Assembly (NCBI RefSeq): GCF_030528045.1
Contig: NZ_JAUMZR010000001.1
Location: 17,798 to 81,797 of the forward strand
Direction of reading: 5' to 3'
Length of the DNA: 64,000 nucleotides
From: Streptococcus sp.
GTDB taxonomy: Bacteria; Bacillota; Bacilli; Lactobacillales; Streptococcaceae
The position numbers and the translations under genes were made by a program. Shown in pieces: positions 40,812-51,623 of the stretch (positions are counted from its first letter, which is position 1; each line of letters begins with the position of its first letter). Under the pieces are notes generated by a model. The model worked only from the letters and a program-made list of their open reading frames with translations, was not told where the DNA came from and made no database searches.

Positions 40812-41094
40812 TGCCATTGGAAGTAATTGGAAGGATGTTCGGACAGAACTCTTTACCAAGGAAGAAATTCTTGAAAGCGATATGCGAGTGGCTATTATGA
40901 GTGAGTTAATTGAGGCTAGGCATGAGCAAGGTATCAGTCAGAAAAAGCTAGAGGAACTCAGTGGAGTAAGCCAGCCTGTTATAGCTAGGATGGAGACAGG
41001 AAAGACCAGTCCTCAGTTGGATACGGTCTTAAAAGTTTTAGCCAGTTTAGGAAAGACACTAGCAGTCGTCCCACTTGAACAGGAAAAAAGTTGA
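40798..41094 (+). CDS. XRE-family HTH antitoxin (HigA-like)
   Basis: HTH sequence [27 protein letters not shown]. Overlaps the toxin gene by 14 nt. Confidence 0.65.
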   Translation: MMKNSAIGSNWKDVRTELFTKEEILESDMRVAIMSELIEARHEQGISQKKLEELSGVSQPVIARMETGKTSPQLDTVLKVLASLGKTLAVVPLEQEKS

Positions 41095-41302
41095 TAGAGA
41101 TGAGATTACTTGGTTGGCTAAAATCATCCACTGGACAATTTCATCTCCCGTCCGTACTTTTTCAGGGAAATATCAAAAATACCAAAGGAAAATCAACCTA
41201 TAGTCTTTTCTAATAACAAGCCATAGTCACTGATGAGAATCGTCAATAGCTCGTTTGAGCATTTCAACTAAAATACAGCCACCAAACAAGCTATACAAAG
41301 GA

Positions 41303-41333
41303 TTTGAGACGATGGTCTCAAGTCTTTTTCTTT
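41303..41333 (+). terminator. Hairpin/terminator-like element in the metE leader
   Basis: tgagac-gatg-gtctca followed by AGTCTTTTTCTTTTGTTTG. Confidence 0.35.
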
Positions 41334-41348
41334 TGTTTGAAAAAGTGA

Positions 41349-41365
41349 TATAGTTTCAAACTATA
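41349..41365 (+). promoter_or_regulatory. Met-box (MtaR/MetR-type operator) upstream of metE
   Basis: Perfect 17-bp palindrome TATAGTTTCAAACTATA about 85 nt upstream of the metE start. It matches the streptococcal methionine-regulon box consensus TATAGTTtnaAACTATA. Confidence 0.6.
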
Positions 41366-41447
41366 TCAAAGCCTAATTATTTACAATTATACAGACAGTT
41401 TCTTTTCTGTTAAGATAGTTTCAACAACAAATTTTGGAGGACACATC

Positions 41448-43697
41448 ATGTCAACTACAATCATCGGTTTCCCTCGTTTGGGCGAATTCCGCGAATTGAA
41501 ATTTACAACTGAAAAATACTTTAGAAAAGAAATCTCAGAAGAAGAACTTTTAGCAGCAGCAAAAGACTTGCGTGCCAAACACTGGAACATTGTCAAAGAA
41601 AAAGGCATTACTGAAATTCCATCAAATGACTTTTCTCACTATGACAACTTCCTAGATGCTGCTTTCCTCTTTAACGTGGTGCCAGCTTCTGTTCAAAACT
41701 TGGAATTATCAGAACTTGAACGCTACTTTGCTTTGGGACGTGGTTACCAAGGAGAAAAAGGGGACGTTCGTGCCCTTCCGATGAAGAAATGGTTCAACAC
41801 CAACTACCACTACATCGTTCCTAAATTTGAAAAAGACACTCAAGTTAAATTGGCTGGTCACAAGATCTTTGATGAGTTCCAAGAAGCCAAAGAACTTGGT
41901 CTCAACACTCGTCCTGTTCTTGTAGGTCCATTCACTTTCCTTCAATTATCAGATTTTGAAGAAGGCGTGAAAGCAGAAGACTTCGTAGATAGCTTAGTGG
42001 CTGCATACCAAGAAGTTTTTGCTAAATTGGCTGAGCTTGGTGCGACTCGTATCCAATTGGACGAAGCAGCTCTTGTCAAAGATTTGACAGCTGAAGAAAA
42101 AGCTCTCTTCTTGAACCTCTACAACAAACTCTTGGCTGACAAAAAAGGTCTTGAAGTCTTGCTTCAAACTTACTTCGGTGACGTTCGTGACGTCTACTCT
42201 GACCTTGTGAACTTGCCAGTAGATGCCATTGGTTTGGACTTCGTTGAAGGTAAAAAAACTCTTGAACTCGTTAAAGGTGGTTTCCCAGCTGATAAGACTC
42301 TCTATGCAGGTATTGTCAATGGTAAAAACATCTGGCGAAACAACTACGAAAAGAGCTTGGCTGTTCTTGAGCAAATCCCAGCTGAAAACATCGTATTGAC
42401 AAGCTCATGCTCACTTCTTCATGTGCCATTTACAACTGCTAACGAAGAATTTGAACCAGCTATCTTGAACCACTTTGCCTTTGCAGTTGAAAAATTGGAA
42501 GAACTTCGTGACTTGGATGCTATCCGAAATGGTCAAGGTGCAGAAGCACTTGCAGTTAACAAAGAACTCTTTGCGACTGAGCGTGTGGGTGAAAATGCAG
42601 AACTTCGTGCGCGCATCGCTGGATTGACTGACGCAGACTACACTCGTTTGCCAGCCTTTGCAGAACGTGAAGCTATCCAAGAAGAAGCCTTTAAACTTCC
42701 AGCTCTTCCAACAACAACCATCGGTTCATTCCCTCAAACTAAGGAAGTCCGTGCCAAACGTTTGGCTTACCGTAAGGGTGAATTGTCACAAGAAGAGTAC
42801 GATGCCTTTCTTGCTGAAACCATCGACGAATGGATCAAATGGCAAGAAGAAGTTGGATTTGACGTGCTTGTACACGGTGAGTTTGAGCGTAACGACATGG
42901 TTGAGTACTTCGGTCAAAACTTGTCAGGTTACCTCTTCTCTAAGAATGGTTGGGTACAATCTTACGGTATGCGTGGGGTGAAACCACCAATCATCTGGGG
43001 TGACGTCACTCGTCTTAACCCTATCACTGTCAAATGGTCTAGTTACGCACAAAGCCGTACTGACAAACCTGTTAAAGGTATGTTGACAGGACCTGTTACC
43101 ATCCTTAACTGGTCATTCCCACGTGAAGACATCTCTATCAAGGACTCAACTCTTCAAATCGCCCTTGCTATTAAGGATGAAGTTCTTGACCTTGAAGCTG
43201 CAGGTGTGAAAATCATCCAAATCGACGAGGCTGCTCTTCGTGAGAAATTGCCACTTCGTCGTAGCGACTGGTACGAAGACTACCTTGACTGGGCTATTCC
43301 AGCCTTCCGCTTAGTACACTCTACAGTAGCGCCAGATACTCAAATTCACACTCACATGTGTTACTCAGAATTTACAGATATCATCCCAGCCATCGACAAC
43401 ATGGATGCGGACGTTATTTCCTTTGAAGCAAGCCGTTCAAACCTTGAAATCTTGGACGAACTCAAAGCGAAAAACTTCCAAACAGAAGTGGGACCTGGGG
43501 TTTACGATATCCACTCACCTCGTGTGCCAAATGAAGGCGAAATCGACCACACAATCGATGCTATTCTTGCCAAAGTTCCAAGCAAGAAAGTTTGGATCAA
43601 CCCTGACTGTGGTTTGAAAACACGTGGTATTCCAGAAACAAAAGAAAGCTTGATCCGCCTTGTCGAAGCAGCAAAAGCTGCGCGTGAGAAATTATAA
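41448..43697 (+). CDS. metE: 5-methyltetrahydropteroyltriglutamate-homocysteine S-methyltransferase (cobalamin-independent methionine synthase)
   Basis: 749 aa two-domain MetE with Zn-binding residues (H..C..E..C context: HTHMCYSEF...DCGLKTR). Confidence 0.95.
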   Translation: MSTTIIGFPRLGEFRELKFTTEKYFRKEISEEELLAAAKDLRAKHWNIVKEKGITEIPSNDFSHYDNFLDAAFLFNVVPASVQNLELSELERYFALGRGYQGEKGDVRALPMKKWFNTNYHYIVPKFEKDTQVKLAGHKIFDEFQEAKELGLNTRPVLVGPFTFLQLSDFEEGVKAEDFVDSLVAAYQEVFAKLAELGATRIQLDEAALVKDLTAEEKALFLNLYNKLLADKKGLEVLLQTYFGDVRDVYSDLVNLPVDAIGLDFVEGKKTLELVKGGFPADKTLYAGIVNGKNIWRNNYEKSLAVLEQIPAENIVLTSSCSLLHVPFTTANEEFEPAILNHFAFAVEKLEELRDLDAIRNGQGAEALAVNKELFATERVGENAELRARIAGLTDADYTRLPAFAEREAIQEEAFKLPALPTTTIGSFPQTKEVRAKRLAYRKGELSQEEYDAFLAETIDEWIKWQEEVGFDVLVHGEFERNDMVEYFGQNLSGYLFSKNGWVQSYGMRGVKPPIIWGDVTRLNPITVKWSSYAQSRTDKPVKGMLTGPVTILNWSFPREDISIKDSTLQIALAIKDEVLDLEAAGVKIIQIDEAALREKLPLRRSDWYEDYLDWAIPAFRLVHSTVAPDTQIHTHMCYSEFTDIIPAIDNMDADVISFEASRSNLEILDELKAKNFQTEVGPGVYDIHSPRVPNEGEIDHTIDAILAKVPSKKVWINPDCGLKTRGIPETKESLIRLVEAAKAAREKL

Positions 43698-43785
43698 GAT
43701 AGAATTTCTCTCTTGACACTGACTGATCAAGGAACTGCTTGGCCCTAGCTGGCTCAGCAATCATGAAATCAAAAAGAAAAGGATA

Positions 43786-44658
43786 ATGACTATGTCACGC
43801 CAAACTCCGTCACTTTCATTTGAAGTGTTCCCTCCAAACCCAGCTGTGGGTAATGATAAAATTATTTCAGCCTTGCAGGATATGCGGGAGCTGACACCGC
43901 ACTTTATCAGTGTGACTGCCAGCAATAATAAATTTAATATCAAGGAAACAACGGTTCGTTTGGCTGACTTTATCCAGAATGACTTGGCGATTCCAACCAT
44001 TGCCCACTTGCCAGCTATCTATCTGACCAAGGAAAAAGTTGCTGAAACCATTGCAGACTTGGATAAGGTTGGTGTACAGAAAATCTTGGCCCTGCGTGGG
44101 GATATTATCCCTGATGTGGAACCACAAAAGGATTTCCGATACGCAACGGATTTGATCGAGTTCATCAAGGAACAAGCTCCTCACTTTGATATTATTGGCG
44201 CTTGCTACCCAGAGGGGCATCCTGACTCGCCAAACCAAATCTCAGATATTCAAAATCTCAAGAAGAAAGTGGATGCAGGCTGTTCCAGCCTTGTAACGCA
44301 ACTTTTCTTTGACAATGAGCGTTTCTACGATTTCCAAGACAAGTGTACCTTGGCAGGGATTGATGTTCCTATTCATGCGGGAATCATGCCCATTCTTAAC
44401 CGTAACCAAGCGCTTCGTCTCTTGAAGACTTGTGAGAATATCCACCTTCCACGCAAATTCAAAGCCATCTTAGACAAGTATGAGCATGACCCTGAGTCGC
44501 TCAGAGCAGCAGGACTTGCCTATGCAGTGGACCAGATCGTGGACTTGGTAACCCAGGATGTTGCTGGTGTGCATCTCTACACCATGAACAATGCTGAAAC
44601 AGCAAAATACATCCACCAAGCAACCCATGCCTTGTTTAACCATCAGTCTTTAGGATAA
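43786..44658 (+). CDS. metF: 5,10-methylenetetrahydrofolate reductase
   Basis: MTHFR family (SFEVFPP...ALRGD). Immediately downstream of metE. Confidence 0.9.
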   Translation: MTMSRQTPSLSFEVFPPNPAVGNDKIISALQDMRELTPHFISVTASNNKFNIKETTVRLADFIQNDLAIPTIAHLPAIYLTKEKVAETIADLDKVGVQKILALRGDIIPDVEPQKDFRYATDLIEFIKEQAPHFDIIGACYPEGHPDSPNQISDIQNLKKKVDAGCSSLVTQLFFDNERFYDFQDKCTLAGIDVPIHAGIMPILNRNQALRLLKTCENIHLPRKFKAILDKYEHDPESLRAAGLAYAVDQIVDLVTQDVAGVHLYTMNNAETAKYIHQATHALFNHQSLG

Positions 44659-44667
44659 TAAAAAGCA

Positions 44668-44705
44668 AACCATTCTTCTCAGGTGAGGGGAATGGTTCCT
44701 TTTTA
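44668..44705 (+). terminator. Rho-independent terminator after metF
   Basis: aaccattc...gaatggtt followed by CCTTTTT. Confidence 0.75.
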
Positions 44706-45089
44706 ATAGAAAAGCCCGTACTTTTTAAGAAAAATATGATAAAATAGACTCTGTACGTACTTGATACAAAGATGAGGGTATAAACGATACAAAAAGGCTG
44801 TTGCAATCCCTATCTCATCGAGTTGCATAGTGGTTTAGTATCTTGAAAGTTGAACACGGGCTAAATCCCTAGTGAAAAAGATAGATTTCCTGGTGTGTAT
44901 CGCACGCTGCGTCAATTTATGCTATCATGAGTAATTGAACCCGGCCGAAAAGCTGTGTAAAAAAGATAAACTGTCTTGTCTTCATCGAAGACTTCGCCAG
45001 TTTCCTATTTTTACTTTGCTTTTTGCGACCTTAGTATCTTGATCTTTGTAGGCAAGGCGTATAATTTCATCAATCCAAAGGGGATTAAA

Positions 45090-47303
45090 ATGACAAAACA
45101 AGTGTTTCAAACGACTTTTGCGGGTCGTGAGTTGGTTGTAGAGACTGGTCAGGTTGCCAAGCAAGCAAATGGCTCGGTTGTCGTGCGTTACGGTGAGTCA
45201 ACTGTCTTGACTGCGGCAGTTATGTCTAAGAAAATGGCAACTGGGGATTTCTTCCCTCTTCAAGTCAACTATGAAGAAAAAATGTATGCGGCTGGGAAGT
45301 TTCCTGGTGGCTTTATGAAACGTGAAGGACGTCCTTCAACAGATGCGACTTTGACAGCGCGTTTGATTGACCGTCCCATCCGTCCCATGTTTGCGGAAGG
45401 TTTCCGTAACGAAGTGCAAGTGATCAACACCGTCCTTTCTTATGATGAAAATGCTTCTGCACCTATGGCTGCTATGTTTGGTTCATCTTTAGCGCTTTCT
45501 ATCTCAGACATTCCATTTGACGGACCAATCGCTGGGGTACAAGTGGGCTATGTCGACGGTGAAATCATCATCAACCCAAGTCAAGAACAAGCAGAGCAAT
45601 CGCTTCTTGAATTGACAGTTGCAGGAACTAAACATGCAATCAACATGGTTGAGTCTGGTGCCAAAGAATTGTCAGAAGAAATCATGTTGGAAGCCCTTCT
45701 GAAAGGACACGAAGCTGTTAAAGAATTGATTGCCTTCCAAGAAGAAATCGTTGCTGCGGTCGGTAAGGAAAAAGCAGAAGTGGAATTGCTTCATGTGGAT
45801 GCTGACTTGCAAGCTGAAATCATCGCAGCCTATAACAGCGACCTTCAAAAAGCGGTTCAAGTAGAAGAAAAATTGGCTCGTGAAGCTGCAACTCAAGCAG
45901 TTAAAGACCAAGTGACTGCTGTTTATGAAGAAAAATATGCAGACCATGAAGAATTTGACCGTATCATGCGTGATGTGGCTGAAATCTTGGAACAAATGGA
46001 ACACGCTGAAGTACGCCGTTTGATTACAGAAGACAAGGTGCGTCCTGATGGTCGTAAGGTCGATGAAATCCGTCCTTTAGATGCGCAGGTCGACTATCTT
46101 CCTCGTGTACATGGTTCTAGCCTTTTCACTCGTGGACAAACGCAAGCTCTTTCAGTCTTGACCTTGGCTCCAATGGGTGAAACTCAAATCATCGATGGTT
46201 TGGATCCAGAGTACAAGAAACGCTTTATGCACCACTATAACTTCCCTCAATACTCTGTAGGGGAAACTGGTCGTTACGGTGCGCCTGGTCGTCGTGAAAT
46301 TGGTCATGGGGCTCTCGGTGAACGTGCTCTTGCTCAAGTCTTGCCAAGCTTGGAAGAATTTCCATACGCAATCCGCTTGGTAGCAGAAGTCTTAGAATCA
46401 AACGGTTCATCTTCTCAAGCCTCTATCTGTGCGGGAACGCTTGCCCTTATGGCTGGTGGTGTGCCAATCAAGGCACCGGTAGCTGGTATTGCCATGGGTC
46501 TTATCTCAGATGGAAATAACTACACAGTATTGACAGATATCCAAGGGTTGGAAGACCACTTTGGAGATATGGACTTTAAGGTTGCTGGTACTCGTGACGG
46601 GATTACAGCTCTTCAAATGGATATCAAGATTCAAGGAATTACTGCAGAAATCTTGACTGAGGCCCTTGCTCAAGCCAAGAAAGCTCGTTTTGAAATCCTT
46701 GATGTGATTGAAGCAACCATTCCAGAAGTTCGTCCAGAATTGGCTCCAACTGCACCGAAAATTGATACCATCAAGATTGATGTGGACAAGATTAAGATTG
46801 TCATCGGTAAGGGTGGCGAAACTATTGACAAGATTATCGCTGAAACAGGCGTTAAAATCGATATTGATGAAGAAGGTAATGTATCTATCTACTCAAGCGA
46901 CCAAGATGCCATTAACCGAACCAAAGAAATCATCGCTGGTTTGGTTCGTGAAGCCAAAGTGGATGAAGTTTACCATGCCAAGGTTGTCCGTATCGAGAAA
47001 TTTGGTGCCTTTGTCAACCTCTTTGACAAGACAGATGCCCTCGTTCACATTTCTGAAATGGCTTGGACTCGTACCAACCGTGTCGAGGACTTGGTAGCTA
47101 TCGGTGATGAAGTCGATGTTAAGGTTATCAAGATTGATGAAAAAGGCCGTATCGATGCCTCTATGAAAGTTCTTCTTCCTCGTCCGCCAAAACCTGAGCA
47201 TGATGAAAAAGGCGAAAAGTCTGAGCGACCTCACCGTCCACGTCATCACAAGGACCACAAACCTAAGAAAGAAGTTACAGAAACACCAAAAGATTCAGAA
47301 TAA
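45090..47303 (+). CDS. pnp: Polyribonucleotide nucleotidyltransferase (PNPase)
   Basis: Two RNase PH domains, a KH domain ([16 protein letters not shown]) and an S1 domain. The true start is [15 protein letters not shown] at 45090; the ORF-track extension from 44976 is spurious. Confidence 0.95.
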   Translation: MTKQVFQTTFAGRELVVETGQVAKQANGSVVVRYGESTVLTAAVMSKKMATGDFFPLQVNYEEKMYAAGKFPGGFMKREGRPSTDATLTARLIDRPIRPMFAEGFRNEVQVINTVLSYDENASAPMAAMFGSSLALSISDIPFDGPIAGVQVGYVDGEIIINPSQEQAEQSLLELTVAGTKHAINMVESGAKELSEEIMLEALLKGHEAVKELIAFQEEIVAAVGKEKAEVELLHVDADLQAEIIAAYNSDLQKAVQVEEKLAREAATQAVKDQVTAVYEEKYADHEEFDRIMRDVAEILEQMEHAEVRRLITEDKVRPDGRKVDEIRPLDAQVDYLPRVHGSSLFTRGQTQALSVLTLAPMGETQIIDGLDPEYKKRFMHHYNFPQYSVGETGRYGAPGRREIGHGALGERALAQVLPSLEEFPYAIRLVAEVLESNGSSSQASICAGTLALMAGGVPIKAPVAGIAMGLISDGNNYTVLTDIQGLEDHFGDMDFKVAGTRDGITALQMDIKIQGITAEILTEALAQAKKARFEILDVIEATIPEVRPELAPTAPKIDTIKIDVDKIKIVIGKGGETIDKIIAETGVKIDIDEEGNVSIYSSDQDAINRTKEIIAGLVREAKVDEVYHAKVVRIEKFGAFVNLFDKTDALVHISEMAWTRTNRVEDLVAIGDEVDVKVIKIDEKGRIDASMKVLLPRPPKPEHDEKGEKSERPHRPRHHKDHKPKKEVTETPKDSE

Positions 47304-47318
47304 GAAAAGGAGAAATGT

Positions 47319-47936
47319 ATGGGATGGTGGCGCGAAACCATTGATATTGTAAAAGAAAATGATCCAGCGGCACGCAACAGTTTGGAAGTTTTGCTGACTT
47401 ATCCAGGTGTCAAGGCCTTAGCTGCCCACCGTCTCTCGCATTTTCTCTGGAAGCATGGCTTCAAACTCCTGGCTCGGATGCACAGTCAGTTTTGGCGTTT
47501 TTGGACCCAAATCGAGATTCATCCGGGTGCCCAGATTGACTCAGGTGTTTTTATCGACCACGGTTCAGGATTGGTAATTGGAGAGACAGCGATTGTTGAA
47601 AAAGGCGTTCTTCTCTATCACGGAGTGACTCTTGGTGGAACAGGGAAGGATGTTGGCAAACGCCATCCGACTGTGCGTAAAGGAGCTCTCATATCGGCCC
47701 ATGCCCAAGTTATCGGACCGGTAGAAATCGGTGAAAATGCCAAGGTTGGTGCAGCTGCAGTAGTCGTGGCAGATGTACCTAGTGATGTGACAGTTGTCGG
47801 TATTCCTGCTAAGATTGTCCGTGTTCATGGTAAGAAGGATGAGCCGGTCATTCACGAAGTCGAAGAAAAACGTGAGTACTACGTCAATAAACTCGAGCAG
47901 GCTAAAGAAGCCAGTCACAGATCGTCTGGATTGTAG
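47319..47936 (+). CDS. cysE: Serine O-acetyltransferase
   Basis: CysE N-terminal helices plus left-handed beta-helix hexapeptide repeats (IHPGAQIDSGVFIDHGSGLVIGETA...). Confidence 0.9.
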   Translation: MGWWRETIDIVKENDPAARNSLEVLLTYPGVKALAAHRLSHFLWKHGFKLLARMHSQFWRFWTQIEIHPGAQIDSGVFIDHGSGLVIGETAIVEKGVLLYHGVTLGGTGKDVGKRHPTVRKGALISAHAQVIGPVEIGENAKVGAAAVVVADVPSDVTVVGIPAKIVRVHGKKDEPVIHEVEEKREYYVNKLEQAKEASHRSSGL

Positions 47937-47947
47937 AGGATACCTAT

Positions 47948-48832
47948 ATGATTCAAGCAAGAAACAAGTTAAGCCAAGAGGAGCTATCTGAGGCGAAAAA
48001 ACTAATTAACTGTTGCCAAAGCTATGACGGTACCTATCGTGATCCCTATCTCTCTAACATGCTTAATTTTGACCCAAACATGCCCGCCTTTTTCCTTTAT
48101 TATGAAAAAGGCGAACTTGTTGGTCTCTTAACTGTCTATGCTGATGATCAAGATGTAGAAGTGACGATACTGGTTCATCCAGATTATCGTCGTCAGGGAA
48201 TTGCGCGTGCTTTGTTTACGAGTTTTGAGAAAGAAACAGCTTCTTTCCCTATTCGTTCAGTGACTTTTCAGACAGAACGTATTTTTCTAGAGCGTCATCC
48301 TGATTCTGTCAGTGACTGGGGATTGGTCGAGGATGAAGAGACAGAAACCTGGTTAGGTAAGGATAGAAGACCTTATCAGTTAGCAAAACTTTCTAATCTT
48401 GAAGTTTTATTAGCAGATAGTTCGTATCAGGAGCAAATTAGCCAGTTAAAATTTCAGGCGTTTTCAGAGGAACATGAGTCTAGAGAGATTGTGGATAGAT
48501 ATGTTGCTAAAGCTCTGAGGGATCTAGAAAGTCGCTTATATATTTTGTTAAAAGACGGTCAGGTTATTGGAACTTGCACGGTAGATTTATCGACTAATAC
48601 GAATTACTTCTACGGTTTAGCAATATCTGAACCTGAACGTGGGAAAGGCTATGAAAGCTACTTAGCAAAATCCCTTGTTAACCAACTAATTGAGCAAAAT
48701 GATAAGGAATTTCAGATTGCAGTAGAGGATAGCAACGTCGGTGCCAAACGCTTATATGAAAAAATCGGTTTTGTCAAACAGACCCAGGTGGTTTATTTGA
48801 ACGAGAAAGGAGCAAGGGATTCCGAAGTCTAG
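47948..48832 (+). CDS. GNAT-family N-acetyltransferase (tandem GNAT folds)
   Basis: Acetyl-CoA binding motifs RRQGIARALF and GKGYESYL in the two halves. Confidence 0.7.
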   Translation: MIQARNKLSQEELSEAKKLINCCQSYDGTYRDPYLSNMLNFDPNMPAFFLYYEKGELVGLLTVYADDQDVEVTILVHPDYRRQGIARALFTSFEKETASFPIRSVTFQTERIFLERHPDSVSDWGLVEDEETETWLGKDRRPYQLAKLSNLEVLLADSSYQEQISQLKFQAFSEEHESREIVDRYVAKALRDLESRLYILLKDGQVIGTCTVDLSTNTNYFYGLAISEPERGKGYESYLAKSLVNQLIEQNDKEFQIAVEDSNVGAKRLYEKIGFVKQTQVVYLNEKGARDSEV

Positions 48833-48914
48833 AGACATTCGGACTGAAATTCAATTGAACTCTTAGTGATGAAACTAAGTGTTCTTGGATTTTGGTTTTC
48901 CTGACTATTATTTT

Positions 48915-50258
48915 ATGATTAAAATCTACGACACCATGTCTCGTAATTTGCGAGACTTTGTCCCGATTGAGGACGGTAAGGTTAAGATGTATGTCTGTGG
49001 GCCAACCGTGTACAACTATATCCACGTGGGGAATGCTCGTTCAACGATGGCTTTTGACACCATTCGTCGTTATTTCGAATACCGTGGCTACGAGATTGCC
49101 TATATTTCCAATTTCACGGATGTGGATGATAAGATTATCAACCGTGCCAAAGAAGAAGGTATCACGCCTCAGGAGGTTGCGGACAAGTACATCGCTGCCT
49201 TTCGTGAGGACGTGACGGCTTTGGGCGTCAAGCCTGCGACTCGCCATCCTCGTGTGGTAGAGTTTATGGCTGACATCATCCGTTTTGTGGAAGACTTGAT
49301 TGAAAAAGGTTATGCTTACGAGAGTCAAGGGGATGTTTACTTCCGTGTTGAAAAATCCCACAACTATGCCAAGTTGGCCAATAGAACCTTGGAAGATTTG
49401 GAGCTAGGTGCTTCAGGTCGTACCGATGAAGAAACAGCTCGCAAGGAAAATCCTGTAGACTTTGCCCTTTGGAAAGCTGCAAAACCAGACGAAATTTCCT
49501 GGGATAGTCCTTGGGGACCTGGTCGTCCGGGCTGGCATATCGAGTGTTCGGTCATGTCAACAGAGATTTTGGGCGATACTATTGATATCCACGGTGGTGG
49601 AGCTGATTTGGAGTTCCCTCACCATACCAACGAAATTGCCCAGTCAGAAGCAAAAACAGGCAAGACTTTTGCTAACTACTGGATGCATAATGGCTTTGTC
49701 AATATCGACAATGTCAAGATGTCTAAGTCCTTGGGCAACTTTATAACCGTACACGATGCCCTTAAAACTCTTGATGGGCAAGTGTTGCGTTTCTTCTTTG
49801 CCACTCAGCATTACCGTAAACCTATCAACTTTACGGAAAAAGCAGTGCGTGATGCCGAGACCAATCTTAAGTATCTAAAAAACACTTATGAGCAACCTTT
49901 TTCTGGAACTGTAGATGCTCAAGAGTTGCAGGCTTTTAAAGATAAGTTTGTTGCCGCTATGGATGAGGATTTCAACTCTGCCAACGGTATCACAGTTGTC
50001 TTTGAAATGGCCAAATGGATCAACTCAGGAAGCTATGATGCAAGTGTTAAGGAAGCTCTTGCGGCTATGTTGGAAGTCTTTGGAATTGTCTTTGTTGAGG
50101 AAGTTTTGGATGCAGAGATCGAAGCCTTGATCCAAAAACGTCAAGAAGCGCGTGCTAATCGTGACTTTGCGACAGCAGACCAAATCCGTGACCAATTGGC
50201 GGCTCAAGGAATTAATCTCCTTGACACCAAGGATGGAGTGAGGTGGACTCGTGATTGA
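48915..50258 (+). CDS. cysS: Cysteine-tRNA ligase
   Basis: HIGH motif (NYIHVGNARS), KMSKS motif (KMSKSLGN) and Zn-binding cysteines. The ATG at 48915 is preferred over the ORF-track start at 48879. Confidence 0.95.
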   Translation: MIKIYDTMSRNLRDFVPIEDGKVKMYVCGPTVYNYIHVGNARSTMAFDTIRRYFEYRGYEIAYISNFTDVDDKIINRAKEEGITPQEVADKYIAAFREDVTALGVKPATRHPRVVEFMADIIRFVEDLIEKGYAYESQGDVYFRVEKSHNYAKLANRTLEDLELGASGRTDEETARKENPVDFALWKAAKPDEISWDSPWGPGRPGWHIECSVMSTEILGDTIDIHGGGADLEFPHHTNEIAQSEAKTGKTFANYWMHNGFVNIDNVKMSKSLGNFITVHDALKTLDGQVLRFFFATQHYRKPINFTEKAVRDAETNLKYLKNTYEQPFSGTVDAQELQAFKDKFVAAMDEDFNSANGITVVFEMAKWINSGSYDASVKEALAAMLEVFGIVFVEEVLDAEIEALIQKRQEARANRDFATADQIRDQLAAQGINLLDTKDGVRWTRD

Positions 50259-50637
50259 TGTCAATCTCATTAACGGGATTGCGCTTGCCTTCGAAGGAGA
50301 TGCGGTTTATTCCATGTATATCCGTCGCCATCTCATCCTTAAAGGCATGACCAAACCCAACAAACTCCACCAAGAGGCAACTAAGTATGTGTCAGCCAAG
50401 GCTCAAGCTCACTTGATTGCCCTCATGTTGGAAGAGCAAGTCCTGACGGAAAAAGAAGAAGAAATCTACAAACGAGGTCGCAATACCAATAGTCATACAA
50501 AGGCTAAAAATGCTGATGTGGTGACTTACCGCATGTCTACTGGCTTTGAGGCGGTGATGGGCTATCTCCATCTGACTGAAAATGTGGAGCGCCTAGAGAT
50601 CATAATTTCTTGGTGCATCCAAAAAGTGGAGGGCTAG
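50251..50637 (+). CDS. mrnC: Mini-ribonuclease 3
   Basis: NGIALAFEGDAVYSMYIRRHL RNase III-like catalytic motif in a 128-aa protein. Position after cysS as in Bacillus. Confidence 0.9.
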   Translation: MIDVNLINGIALAFEGDAVYSMYIRRHLILKGMTKPNKLHQEATKYVSAKAQAHLIALMLEEQVLTEKEEEIYKRGRNTNSHTKAKNADVVTYRMSTGFEAVMGYLHLTENVERLEIIISWCIQKVEG

Positions 50638-50640
50638 AAT

Positions 50641-51510
50641 ATGATTGCAAAGGAATTACAAGACTGGTTCCCTGAAACTCAGATTTCAGATCAGCCAGTA
50701 GAGAAACCAGGCTATCTTACTCTCCCTTTAGCTTCTCAGCAGTGGATTTTACTGGAAGAAGCTGGGCTCAGCGAACGTGAAAAGCAGTTAATTGCCCTTT
50801 TAACCCAGCAGGAGCAGGCTCGCTCGCTCAATCCTTGGTATCCCTATCTGATCGAGGGGAAGGGGCAGGCACCGCAAACTTTCAAAAAGATTCAGCTGGT
50901 TTATTGCCATCTTTCCTACTTCCAACAGGAAAACTTGACTTCTTGGTTGGATATGATGAGAACCCTCTTTCCTAATTGCGAGACAGTGCTTCAGGTGGGA
51001 GCTCAGGATTACCTATTTGTTCTCCAACAGGACAAGTATACCTCGGTTCGCTCAATCTTGACAGATACCTTGGAAGCTGTAGAATACGACTTTGGGGTGC
51101 GTCTGTCTATTATGCTTGGTCAGGTCTGGTCGCAAATAGGAAATCAGAGTCTGACAGATCTCATCAAAGCTGAACGCGACTTGTTTAAAAACTGGTGGCG
51201 TCAAGGTCATCAAGGATTCCATACTTTTTCTCAACTTTACCTTTGGAGTATGGGTGAAAAAATGGTGGATCTTGGTTTGATCAAAGATTATCTACACCAG
51301 ATGATTTTGGATCAGGATCAAATTCAGGAAATCATTCTCTCCTTATGGGAAAATAGTGCAGTCCTAACTAAGACAGCTCAGCAACTCTACTTGCACCGCA
51401 ATTCTCTCCAATACAAGATTGATAAATGGGAAGAGTTAACAGGGCTACAGTTGAAAGAATTGACAGATTTGACCTTGTGTTATCAGTTGATTTTACCAGA
51501 TATTGTTTAA
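50641..51510 (+). CDS. PucR/CdaR-like C-terminal HTH domain protein
   Basis: The C-terminal HRNSLQYKIDKWEELTGLQLKELTDL resembles the PucR-family HTH. The N-terminal region is uncharacterised. Confidence 0.55.
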   Translation: MIAKELQDWFPETQISDQPVEKPGYLTLPLASQQWILLEEAGLSEREKQLIALLTQQEQARSLNPWYPYLIEGKGQAPQTFKKIQLVYCHLSYFQQENLTSWLDMMRTLFPNCETVLQVGAQDYLFVLQQDKYTSVRSILTDTLEAVEYDFGVRLSIMLGQVWSQIGNQSLTDLIKAERDLFKNWWRQGHQGFHTFSQLYLWSMGEKMVDLGLIKDYLHQMILDQDQIQEIILSLWENSAVLTKTAQQLYLHRNSLQYKIDKWEELTGLQLKELTDLTLCYQLILPDIV

Positions 51511-51548
51511 AGTTTTGTGCAAGTTGCACAGAACTTTTTTATTTTTTT
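51511..51548 (+). terminator. Rho-independent terminator
   Basis: gttttgtgcaa-gt-tgcacagaac followed by TTTTTTATTTTTTT. Confidence 0.75.
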
Positions 51549-51623
51549 GGTCACCTTGCCATAGAAAAGTAAAGCGTTTTCATCTATAATAAAACTATCA
51601 AAAGACAAAAGGAGTTCACTTCG

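Noticed and set aside
41100-41300. Possible riboswitch (S-box or T-box) upstream of metE
   Set aside because: No T-box AGGGTGGNACCGCG or S-box conserved helices were seen. Regulation is better explained by the Met-box palindrome.
44976-45089. N-terminal extension of pnp in the ORF track ([14 protein letters not shown]...)
   Set aside because: It reads through the intergenic repeat and leader. The conserved PNPase N-terminus MTKQVF begins at 45090 with a proper RBS.
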